Part shown: positions 27,201-38,700 of the stretch, piece after piece | Layout of the letters: every line of letters starts with the position of its first letter | Numbering within the stretch: the first letter of the stretch is position 1 | DNA from: Acanthaster planci | Taxonomy: Eukaryota | DNA length: 62,000 nucleotides | Assembly (NCBI RefSeq): GCF_001949145.1 | Contig: NW_019091404.1 | Coordinates: 3,410,001-3,472,000 of the forward strand | Direction: 5' to 3' | The notes under the pieces: generated by a model | Seen by the model: only the letters and a program-made list of their open reading frames with translations | Database searches by the model: none | Told to the model about the DNA's origin: nothing | Position numbers and translations under genes: made by a program

Positions 27201-28759
27201 AGGCATTATATCCGGACATAAAGTGAGCTTTGAAAAACACGTCTTGTTGGGTGTGACTTTACCCACGTTATGACATTTTGACCGACTGGAAAATTCTTAA
27301 GCAATCCAGTTCGGTGTAAACTGAAGTGGATTGACACCTGTGGGATCACAGACTATTCAATCAATAATTGATGTATAAGGATCCCAGCTTGCATTTAAAT
27401 TTGTCTACAATCTGTACCTCAACTCATAGAGGTATCATCCATTTGATGCACATGACAAAATGTTTAATATTCTACGGTAACTCTTGTTATTTTTCAGCTG
27501 TGTGGTTACTTTCCTTGGCTCTCGCATCACCACCCCTCATCGGTTGGGCTCGTTATGATTACCTCCCTGGCCAGTCGTTCTGCTTCTGCTACTGGGAAGA
27601 TAGCATCAGCTACACGTTCTTTATGGTTATCGTTTGTTTCGGAGGTCCCTGTTCTGTCATGTCGTTCTGTTATTACAACATCCTACGGGAGGTTCGCCGG
27701 AGCAGGAAAAGGCTATCTACTGGACCTGGTTCTGCTGATGTCTCCAGCATGAACAGTGTCCAAAGCGCACTGAGTACAGTCAGTAACAACAACTCTAGCG
27801 TCAGAGAAAATGGACAACCTCGGGGAGACGAAGCTCCCTTGCAAAATAGCGCCCTCAATAAGGGGTTTGTAGAGGGGGATAGTGACAACCAGGGGCCAAT
27901 TCAGAAAAGTCGACTAACCTCACTTCATCAAGCATTGACGAGACAGCTGTCTCGGAAACGTTTCAGGGTAGAACCAAGCAGCCCTGAGACGCAGCTTCCA
28001 GCCTCAGTACCTGGAGGAAACAGGCCACGATCATTACCGACTCGAATGACGTCTATAAAGATCAAAGACGACCAAAACAACCGCAATCAAAATACCTCTT
28101 TGGAAAGAACTGGCAGTAAATATCAGCAGCAAAACCAGCCTTCTTCATCTTCTAAACTTCCGAAAATCCGACTGCAGGCTTTCAGTCGATCGGTGTCATT
28201 AGACTCAAGGCGAGGAAGCGGTTCATCGCTCGTACGAGAGCTGCAACAAGACGGCGTATCGAAATCTGGGAAGATTTCTCCCAAGATCCAAGCAAAGATT
28301 GCAAGACAGCTGTCCGGGTCAACGCTGGCTGTGCCTGGACTAAAGGCTGCTGTTGTGATGAGAAGAAAACGAGCCAAGACTGCAAGTGAGATGAGACGGA
28401 AGCAGGAAGAATTGCGACTGACAAAGTCCTTCTTGGTTGTCATCCTAGCCTTCATCGTCTGTTGGTTTCCTTTCTGCATCACAATGTTCTGGAGTGTTTT
28501 TTCTCCTTATCCTGTCTTTCGTCCAGTAGACATGGCTTCCCTTCTTCTTGGCTTCTTCAACAGTTGTTGTAACCCAGTCATCTACGGTTTGATGAACAAC
28601 CGTTTCAGAGCCGGATTCAAACACATCTTGTGCTGTCACTGGACTCCTTGGTATCGAAGACGGAACGCCGGTAAAAAGGTCCTAGACAGAGGTTTTGGAT
28701 CGATAACTGGAACGGCGGCAGGTGGAGGTTACCAAGATGATATAAGCTGCACGAACTAA
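15211..28759 (+). CDS. Class A (rhodopsin-like) orphan GPCR, NRY-type, very long ICL3, 589 aa, 2 coding exons
   Basis: Exon 15211-15718 (G|GTGAGT) plus exon 27498-28759 (TTTCAG|) total 1770 nt. TM1 GN, TM2 LSSAD, C3.25, NRY, TM4 W, TM6 CWFPF, TM7 NSCCNPVIY; N-terminal glycosylation sequons. Confidence 0.95.
16466..16830 (-). mobile_element. tRNA-derived SINE in the GPCR intron
   Basis: Minus strand B-box-like GGGATCGATTCCC (16787-16775). Body ends in a LINE-like tail GTAAAGCGC...GCGCTTTATGAATG followed by ATT-type repeats. Confidence 0.7.
17863..18066. mobile_element. Truncated non-autonomous DNA transposon end (CACTGCAAAAA terminus)
   Basis: TA|CACTGCAAAAA followed by multiple GGTGTT/AACACC subterminal repeats; matching right end not found. 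Confidence 0.55.
18913..19215. repeat. Decayed element with repeated semi-palindromic GTTGA(T/A)TCAAC units
   Basis: Several gttgattcaaca / gttgaatccaaca variants; weak inverted pair AGTGGCCGCTCT (18949) / AGAGTGGTCACT (19165). Confidence 0.45.
21857..22031. mobile_element. Degenerate hAT-like MITE
   Basis: CAGTGACGTA... left end and ...GGGTCAATG right end; flanks ATAACATA / ATAACTGA match 6 of 8. Confidence 0.45.
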
Positions 28760-30998
28760 AACTAAACTTGACAAACGCAATCATTACGAATTGTGAAGCA
28801 GAAATGTCTCAATCAGTTTGCACTGTTTTCCATTCTGTGAACATGCCCAGGAACAAAGATGATTTATAAAAAGTGCACGCTGTAAAATATGTTCTTCAGC
28901 TCATTAGAGCTTCTTTGGTTTTTCAATTAGAATTTCCAAGTAGATATTTCGTTATTTATTGAGATGTTATGGCAGAAATATGATTTATCAGCGGATTTGT
29001 AGGATAACTTTTGATTTTTGGAGAAATAGAGATCAAATGAAAAGAGCGTATTTTTGAATTCGTGTTAGGGATGTATGAAGCATTTTGCAAAGTTAACCAT
29101 AATAATTAATCCTAGTTATGGAGAATCGACCGATCTAGTCATAGAAGTGGTTGCATTGCTGTTTATGAAATAATAATATGAATTCACAACTTACTAAGAG
29201 CCAGCGGAAGCACAAGCAATGATAACCTGTTTTTCAAGCTTCGGACAAGCGTAAAACCAGTCGGGGTTTGGCTCGTGACATTTCAAATTCCAATCAAGAA
29301 TTCGCTGATTAAATTCGTGAGGCGTTTATTCCCCAATGGAATGCAATCGTGGAACTGCTTTCGCAATCACAAAAAATGAATTGCTCTCGTCCGACTTTTT
29401 CTGTTCAGAGACGCCAACCACCAGGGTTTCATCAAATTTTGAAATGTCAATTTCCATAGCATCCTCCAGAATAGAACTTGAATAGATAGTGTCATTGTGA
29501 ATTCTTGATAGAAAGAAAACTGCTTGTTTACATGAGGGATGCAAACTGCTAGAAGTGGGAACCGCTTCAAATTTTCTGGGTTTTCTACTCTGGATGGTAC
29601 GTTTAAGTTTACAACGATAAAGTCGCAGACTTATTTTCCCTTCGCTCTTGATTATTGTAACTAAAACCTTGAAGAGTTTATTGTCTAAGGATAAACAATA
29701 AACAGTGGGTCAATCCCAAGCGCAGCAACATGATATACGAAAAGGCTTAATAGGCCTCTGCTGTGCTCCTTAAGCGTCGGGAAAAGGGAAAAACATTCAG
29801 CGGTTAAATGGTGAATTGTTTCAAGCATGTCCAATTATGTTAAAAGGTTTTCATTTTTAAACTCTTCCCATTTCGATGACAGCATAAATATAAACATTAT
29901 CATCGTAGCGTTTGCCAAGTCACGAGGGTACATGGACACATGAGACATAAAGCACTGATGCTCATTTCCTTATGAATTTGGATTTTTTCGGCAATTTGGT
30001 CTGTGGGCAGGGATTTCCTAATTGGAATTCCTGCCACGAATTTGTCGTCAGGGATTGGCTTGAATATAAATGAAAGGGACACTTTGACTCGGTATTACAA
30101 TACGTATCTTAGTTTGAGTTTTTTCGCTTTTAATCTTCAGCTTCCTGCAGCGGTCGTGATGTGGTATTGCCTCACATTACCCTTTTCAAATCTGACACTT
30201 TTTGGAGACATATTAGCCTGACGAAAACAGTTTGCGAGGCTTTGACTTAATATTATATTTCTAGAATAATTCAGTTGTGCTTTAACTTGTACAATTTATT
30301 AATACAAACATGAAGTTGTACTCATTCTAACCTTGAAACTTAATAAAGGTACTTACAATTTATTGCTATGTGTGCACGCATTTTCTAATGAAAAAGTTTT
30401 GAGCTCTAAAACATATTAAAAATAGCCCAAGGATTGCATCCATTAAATTGCGACTGTTTTCCAAGTCACCTTTAATTCTTTGAAACAGAAACGTCCTCCA
30501 ATTTTAATGGATTTTGTTTATCTTAAAACTCGCCAAAAAGCCTACCCCCATGGCCATATTGCCAAAAGACAACAGAAATGGAAAATGAGGGCGCTGCGTA
30601 CTGATAACGGTAAACTTTATGAATGATCAAAGTGCTCAAATGAACCTCGCAAAAGGGTGAAGAAAGACCAAGGCCCCCAAACTTGGCTTCTGTGCGAAGA
30701 TAAACTAGCTCTCATTATTAATTGCTACATACATGTAGTTTCATTGTTATCCTGTGAAGGGCTTTGCGCAATGTGAGGGCGCTATTAAGATTTAAAGCCT
30801 GCGCGCGTGCGCGCGCTCCTATTCTGGTTACGCAACAAAGACGCATGCAAAATGCCATATCAACGGCAGTTCGTTGTCGCACTGTATTTACTAGCTGCAC
30901 TTCCAATAGTGACACAACTTTGTCTCAAACGCAACAAACTAAACAGATTAACATTCAGATTAACTGTTAAAAGAAAAATCATTCTTGCAGTGGTCAAC

Positions 30999-33097
30999 AT
31001 GGCTGATAACGAACTCGCTAACCGTCTCCAGAAGAGAATCGCGGTGGAGGAGGGAAAAGATGTGGAAAAGAAGATGAAGGACTATCGAGATCCACACGAG
31101 GAGTTTGCTCATCCCTACCCAGAGTTTAGTGAGTTCTCAAGGGAACAGTGTGCCATGTACGAGGACATGTTTGCCGAGTAAGTCCCAACTAACTCAAACT
31201 TAAGGTAGAAAATATTGCAATTCTCAAACTGTTATGTATAGAGAACCATTAAAATCAGTGGAAAATGATGTTTTTCTTCGAACAATTTACTCCTCTTGCT
31301 GTCTGCATACGAAAGAAGAAACTACCAAAAGACAATGGATTGCTTGATGCAGCGTTTCTCTTTCATTTGACAGGGAATTTGTGTGCTGTCAGCGACTGCA
31401 TTGTCGTGATTTTGGTGAACGGGATTATGTTATAGTGGTATTCCTATGTTTAACTAGGTACGACGAAAACAAGGATGATTTTCTCTGTTACGATGAGTTG
31501 AAAGCAATGATGGAAAAACGAGGTGAACCACTGACACACATGGAACTCAAGAAACTTATTAGCACGTTGGATGAAGATCAAGACGGCAAATTCAACTTCA
31601 GAGAGGTAGCCTTTTAGGCAGACATTGAGGGCGCTGTTCATGTTTAATGTGCTTACGAGTTAACCTTTCTATTAGAAGAAATGCCTCGAAGAGTAGTCTT
31701 TGAACCAAATCAAGCCATCCTCGCACAAAACGCCCTTCTTCCACCCCGATTGGAGTTGGGCGGACCACGACAAATAAAATAACAGTGGATCGAGAAATCA
31801 AGTGAGCTTACCCAAATCTTCTTTCCAAGATCTGTGTACAAACATCCGCTGTCCTTCCAGTCACCTAACTCGTGGGTTATTGTCTCTCAAGCTATGTTGA
31901 CATTTAGTGCTGCTGCTTTACATCCATATCCTGATAACACGTCGAAACAGTTTCAAATTACAAGACATGTTGTTGGACGTTGTATCACCTAGTCAGTTTA
32001 GGTGATACGCGTGTACAATATGACTGTTCCTAGCGAGCGCAGCAGTACCGGGCACGCAGTGGCTTCATGACCAACACGTGGTACAAATCTCTAGGGGGAA
32101 ACATCCCTCATTGTTTTTAACAAAAAAAAGGACCACCTGTGCGTTATTGTGAACAATATAACACATCAATATCAACAGAGGGCGGCATTTGTCTTCTCAG
32201 AGAACGGTCGCCTCGTTTATTGTGCAGAGACAGAGGCGCACATAATGGCACGCTGGAGGTTATATAATCGCATGGCATAAATTAAGTGTCAACTAGTTGC
32301 AGTAGAATTTTGTATTGCATGTCAGACGGAGGGGGGTTGATTTGGGCGTTTTGTTTTAATTTGCTCACAATTTATATTCCTTTTTTATTAGGTTTTTTTA
32401 ATCTTTCTTGCAGGTTGCATATGATTTCCAAGATGACATATATTCATAGCAAAATGGACGTGTATCTTATATATTTTCACCAACTATTAAATACAGCGGT
32501 CTAAAATAACATGTGAAACAATGCTGAATGCTTTCATTTTGTTTTTTGTTTTTTTGTTTTTTTTATGATTGTTTTAAGTTCATGCTAATGTGGAGTAAAT
32601 GTCTGAAGGGAGAGATGCCCGAGGGGTCAGGGTTCACCAAGATTGTTGCTACCAATGAGATCGTCTTAGCTAAGCCTGCTTCTGCTGATAAAGCTGGAGT
32701 GGGAGGGGCTGCGACCTTCTTTGAGACTAAGGTCGGTGGAAAAAAAAAACATGTATACGAAAGCTTAGAATGACCATCCATGTTACCAAGTTAATTTATC
32801 GTTGAAATAAACATGGACGATCATTTAAGCTTCCGTTAAAGTACCATGAATGTTTGTTTTTCACTGACGTTTACGCTTGTTAGACTGGCTTGATGGCTAT
32901 GCTCTTTTTTAAGTGGAGTCTTTCGCTTCCTTGGTTTATAGGCTCGGGCCCCGGACGACAAACAAAACTTGGATGATGAGATAGTGTCAGAACAAAGGAA
33001 AAAATATGAGCAAAAGAGGCAGGCTAAGAGAGACAAGGAAGCGGCCGCTGCTAAGAAAGCAGCTTTTGCAAACCGGGCTTCCATGTTTAATAATTAG
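30999..33097 (+). CDS. EF-hand domain protein, swiprosin-1/EFHD1-EFHD2 family, 211 aa, 4 exons
   Basis: Exons 30999-31177, 31458-31605, 32579-32731, 32942-33097 (636 nt). PYPEFSEFSR; EF loops DENKDDFLCYDE and DEDQDGKFNFRE; GVGGAATFFETK; C-terminal coiled coil ending AAFANRASMFNN. Confidence 0.93.
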
Positions 33098-34025
33098 ATG
33101 CGTCTCCATGGCAACCTACAGACATTTTGTTCACTTCACCTTTGCAACTTTCGTCTAGTCTTAAACAATCTACACCTTAAAACTATGGTAGATTTTCAAT
33201 GCTCTGAACTTTATTATGACTAACTTGACTTAAGTTTCAATGTCGGCTACTTTAAGCTATATATAATTAATCCGCCCGTCAAGAAAAAGCTTTATTTTCT
33301 ACTCTATAATGGATAAAAGTTTTATTTTTTACTGTATGAGCAGCTTTTCAATCAGACTTCCCACTCCCCAGCACCGAGTTCAAGGTCTCAAACTATCATC
33401 GGTGTTAACCTTTCTATGGCTGTCTTAACACTCCTTATTTCACACTCATTAACACCATGGCAGGTGATTATTCGTTTATATGAGATCGAAAATGTGTCAG
33501 TTTTGTTTTTAACTGTCTACATTCTTATTCTTTTAAAATATCAAAATAACCATTCTATAATTTGATGAGTTTTAATTTACAGAGAAATTGATGATTATCA
33601 CAGCTACGAATTTAATCTACAACTTTCAGAAGTATACATGTATTATGATTGCGGTAGTCTGCCGATGATTAATTGCCATGCATGAAATAACCAGTTTAAT
33701 AAAAAAAAAAAGAGCCAGAGTACACGGTTAACCTGTATATTTTCTTCTGATTGATTAATCGAAATGATAACCATTAATAAATTATGCAATTTCGATAGTA
33801 AGCAAGCTTGGCATAAAGTGCCTTATTTTGAGCAAAATCAGTACGCGTAGAGACCAGATAAAACAGACAATGCGTTAGTTTGAACTGTTAAAAGAACATC
33901 ATGAGTAATAGTGCTTTCTACGGTAGAATCTACAAATTCTTGAATGACAACGAATACTGTTGCATTTCGTTGTAGGTGATTATTAGCGGGTGATTACCGA
34001 CAATAATCGAAATGTTTCCAGATTC

Positions 34026-35704
34026 CTACTTGGGTAGTTTCTTCAAACCGCAAATCATCTCCTGATCCATGGCGGTCATCAAGGTCACCTGTGGATCGAA
34101 AAAGAGGACCAGCATAAGAAAACGATATCAGAAGAATGCAATGAGGCCTGACAGCACCATGCTTTAAATACTTGCGATTCAAGACTCCGTTTCGACGTTA
34201 ATTAATACACAATATTTTGTCATGATTGGAAGAGGGGTTGCTTTTCTTTTTCCTGATAACCTCGACTCTTGTCCAACCCTTGAATTCTCCCGAAAGTGAC
34301 AAATAGTTACCACAATCTCTTCATCGGCTTCGAAGCGGGTACATATTTCTTTGCCAAGTTCTCCCTCTGGCAAACGAACATCACTCCTAGACACGCCCTT
34401 GTTGTCCAGTAGGTTGACGTATTCATCCCACACACCGATTACCTTACAAGAAAAGAATCAGGAAGGAAACTTGGAGCAATGGCGCTTCAGCAATGGGAAA
34501 AAAAGTTCAGTGCAAAACATGCCAAATTTACTTAATTGGAACCCAACCAGTGCACTGGTCAGAAATTTAGTGACACTGCAGAGTTCACTAAATTTCTGAC
34601 AATGAGACGATGCCAAGCGCTCTAGCTCAAAAAAATGGGGTTTTCGAGAGAGAATTCCTCTCAATTTTTATCTCAGCGGTCATTTAAGGCACACCCAGCC
34701 CTCTAGCGAAGCCAGAGTCTGCACCGGAAGCAGACTTAAATTTCGTCGTGATTCACTTTGAGGCACGCATAGCCTCATGGGATTGAGACATGACTTCAGT
34801 TAGAGGATATGAGTCATTCCCAACATCAGCTGAAATAGAACAAAGCAGCACTGTCTATTTTAAGTTTAATTTCTGTCATTGCTTGGCGACCCCTTGAACC
34901 CATAGGGATCCAGCATGTTACACAATTCTCCCCCCCCCCTCCTTAATGCGATTTCTTTTCTTTCCTTACTTTGGCGCAGGATTTGCAAATTCCGATTTCC
35001 CGTTCAAAGGACCGCACCCAGTAAACCAGGACCTTCATTTAGAATTTTTAAAAGATGCCAGAGTTTGATAGAAATTACCTGGTAATCCTCGCGCTTAACG
35101 TGAGGTACAGACATAGAGTGAGAAGATGGGCAGATGTCTTCATACTTCTTCCCGCTAAAAATATCCATGCCAACAATGTGGACCTAAAAACATTTTAAAA
35201 AATCAATAAACTGTTAGGCCTATACAGCTTGCTTGGACAATCGGGATCGGAACATTTATCTGTAGAGGTTGGATTTGGCAAAGCAAAGTCTCTGTTATTT
35301 AAAAAGCATATCATGCGAATGTTCATAAAATTCAAAATACATGTACATGTATTTACAAATTTTCACCTTAAACTCAAACAAAATTTGAAAAAATGGTCAA
35401 AACCTGCAACAATTAAGGAAGAAGAATATTGATTTTTTTTCCTAATGAAAATCTTCACTTAATTGAAGAAGAAAATTCTGACCTTAGCATGTCCATGTTT
35501 GCCTGGTTGGGAAGTAGACATTTCCACGATCTTACAAGGTTGTCCCTTCAGCATAACATGGCCTCCTTTTCGCAGCGAGGAGCATTGCAACGGGAATGTC
35601 TTGGAGGCTCCCGAGTCGCCAAGATCAAAATCATCGCTGATGTTGATGACGTCTCCAACTTCAGCAGCCGCGGGTTTCTTGCTAGCTCTGGTCTTCCTCG
35701 GCAT
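34026..35704 (-). CDS. Divergent eIF5A paralog (eIF5A-like), intact, 173 aa, 4 exons
   Basis: Exons 35704-35483, 35183-35079, 34442-34311, 34088-34026 (522 nt, all phase 0, GT-AG) at the same positions as the neighbouring eIF5A. Loop reads [21 protein letters not shown]; protein ends [20 protein letters not shown]. Confidence 0.93.
34558..34600. repeat. Perfect 16-bp-stem hairpin in eIF5A-like intron 2
   Basis: GTCAGAAATTTAGTGA, 11-nt loop, TCACTAAATTTCTGAC; abutted by the palindrome ACCAGTGCACTGGT (34546-34559). Confidence 0.9.
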
Positions 35705-38700
35705 TTTGAATGAAATTCAGACTTTTGAACTTTTCACAGTTTTTTTTTTAAAGTCAGTAATAAAATAGTATGCACTTGGGGATCTGGGGATTTATCAGCC
35801 GATTCCACTCGCTGTATGACTAGAAACACGTCCAGAAGATATGTTGCATGGCTTAAATAACTTGTGGAGTAAATTTCTATTACACGCTGGCATAGATTCT
35901 CTCAACATGAAGGTTCAAAAAAGGAGAAAGATATCTAAAGCATTGTGCTTCGGCACTTTACGAGAACATAATGTATAGAGTAGATCGAACTCTGTGAAAT
36001 ATTCTGTAACTGCGCTGCGCAACCGCTTATAAAGCACGGGCGATATCAATGTATTTCAACTGGTTGTGCAATGTAATGCATCGTATGACACATGAAGCCC
36101 ACGACGTCACGTGAATGAACTTGATACGAGCAAAGTGACCTACAACCATTTGCTGTTTTACGCATGAGCACGTACGCGTAGTTTGAGCCATCGCAAGGCT
36201 TCTGGCAAGGTATAAACACATATCAAACCAAAAAAAAAAACCACCGTTCAAAATAACCTTGAGAAGTGCAGAAACCCTCGACTTTCCTGAACTGTATTCA
36301 AACAAAAGTTTCCAACTTTATTGTCCTGACTATTTTAATTTTGGCTGGTTAACGGGGAATGAATGTTAACATTTTAATTGGACTTTGCAGTCAGAGCTAA
36401 TTTTTTTTTAAATACAATTTTAATACATACTACAGCATCATTCTGACGGATCATACAAAATGCTTATTGAACAATGTGATCAAGTTGAAAATAAATTCCG
36501 GCACGGTGATGCTCTACCCATGATATACCGAGAATTCAAATAACACTGGCCAAACGAGGCACAGTTTTCAGAGCTATTCCGGAAGTGAACGGTGAGAATA
36601 CCCACTTAAAGTTACGACATGGCGACTGAAAATAGATTTTTAAAAGGACTGCGTTTACTCTACTTCCACAATCTGAAACCAGTTTCACTGTCATGACAAG
36701 CGTCCAATGACATGGACGGCCACACTAAGAAAAATGTGCTTATGAATGACCAAAAAACCTTCCTTAAAAAACAATGGTTACCAGCTCAAACTCCGTGCGT
36801 TTGTCATGCTAACCACAAGACAGCTAAATACCATTCCAAAACAATATACATGTACATCACATTGAGTTTTGGCTGGTTACCCAATTTATCAAGCAAGGTT
36901 TTTAAAGGTTAAACAAACTGTCTGCGGAAGCAGCTCTATGCTTATTAAGTGCCTTGTGGAAAAGTAAAGACACCACGCTTAGGCCCGTATTTATAGGTCA
37001 CAGTAACCAGTCTCTGGCTGCTCAAAGTTGCTTTTTCGGGCTGCTAATAAATGAAAAAAAATTAATTTGAAAGGTCAACCTAGAATATGATTATTACCTA
37101 TAACAACAATTTCCAAGTAAAACGTTATCAGCAGGCTTTAACTCAAAGGAAAAATCATTTCTTTAACATGTGCAATGTGAGAATACCACGGCTGTGTGAC
37201 TTCAGCCACAAGTGCGGCTTCAGTAGAGAAAGAAAAAAAATGTGGTTTGGAACATGAAACTGAATCAAGGTTACACGTACATGTAATTTGTTAGGAACAT
37301 GTACAGCAAATTAACAGCAAAAATCATTCGACCCTGCTTGCTTCACATCTTTACCATGAAAATATAAATTCTCATCATACAATTCGAAAAACAGGACATT
37401 GCAAAGAAACCCAAACAAAACAAAAACATCAAAGGACAAGAAAAGAAAAAAGGAATGGTCAACATCACAAGCAAAAAGTGCGTCACAGACTAAAATATCT
37501 CCATTTCGTTTTCTTCTTAACTAGTTTTATAAACAATTTGTAAACCTACTTCGTAAAAATGCAAAATGAACCAAAATCTATCAGTAAGACACTGAAGACA
37601 TACGGTTTTGAGCAATGCCAAAAAAAAAGTCAATCGACTCACAATACTCACCCATCAAAAAGGCAAACGATAAATTATGTTTGTGTCCTTTTTGATAGGA
37701 CATTTATACCTCATAGAATACCAGTGTTATTCATGTAAAGGGGACAGAAACCGACATCAAAATACTTATGAAAATGTTTTGACAAACTTGATCACATTAT
37801 AATGACGATGTAAATAAACGCCCAATAAATTCAACACAAAATGGAAAAAATTTTGCTGTACATAAGTTTTGGTTAATAATCATTCCATACATGCAATATT
37901 CACAAAATATGAATAGATGACTCGACTAGCAACAATCGCACGCTTTCCAATCATATTTTATCTGATCTTAATTTAACGTCTGCAATTTTTGAACCCAAGC
38001 ACTAGAATATTCTTTTTCACCTCGAACAATCGCTTCAAATGTTCATAAGCATCAACGGGATCGTCTTTTGCTTTTTTTTTTATGAGACGGAAAACATAGG
38101 CCTACGTTCACGACCAAGAATATTCCTATATACCCATAAAATTACCGATAAATGTATGCCTAACATTGGTCTTTAGGCGACGCACGTTTTTCATGATTTT
38201 GCTGCAGAATTCTTTTCGATTTGTGAATCAAGACAGTAAATCCTTAACTAAACATTTAGAGTCATGCAGTCGGGGGAGGGGTGAACGGCCTAGGTTGCCG
38301 AGTCCAAAAGGACATTTAGGACGAGGCAAAGCACAAGTGCCGATTCTCGGAGCCTTACTTTCAAGAATCTTTTCATCGAGCGGCTCCTCAAAATGTGTCC
38401 TCGACTCTCAAACTTTCGGCATGTCTTGCAACCGACCCAATATTTGGCAAACACCATCTATGAAAACCAGGCTCACTAAATCTGGTAACAAGTGTGTGGT
38501 GTACTGGAGCGAGCCATTCCATAACGTACAAGATCGGGGTCAATAGAAAGCCCTTTAAGACACTTGCTAACACCAGCCTTTTAAAGTCTTGTAGAAGTAC
38601 ATGTCCAGTTCACAATGTCTTGCTGGTACATATGCACTTTCAAGCCGTTTGAGTCATTTGATTTGCTATTCGAAGCACAAATCTTAAAAAATCACCATTA

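Noticed and set aside
27368..27497. N-terminus of the 463-aa ORF as a stand-alone single-exon gene
   Set aside because: It is intronic sequence before the TTTCAG acceptor; TM1-3 are encoded at 15211-15718.
28500..28590. GPCR as an opsin or canonical aminergic receptor
   Set aside because: No TM7 retinal-binding Lys (Phe at that position), and Asn rather than Asp at 3.32.
34179..34310. Unspliced C-terminal extension of the eIF5A paralog ([10 protein letters not shown]...)
   Set aside because: A GTAACT donor at the conserved position and a homologous last exon at 34088-34026 explain it as intron read-through.
34026..35704. eIF5A paralog as a pseudogene or haplotype duplicate
   Set aside because: All splice sites and the frame are intact despite strong divergence, and the introns are unrelated in size and sequence. 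Expression is still unproven.
38166..38546. 126-aa plus-strand ORF between the two eIF5A genes
   Set aside because: Non-ATG start, no domain and no splice context.
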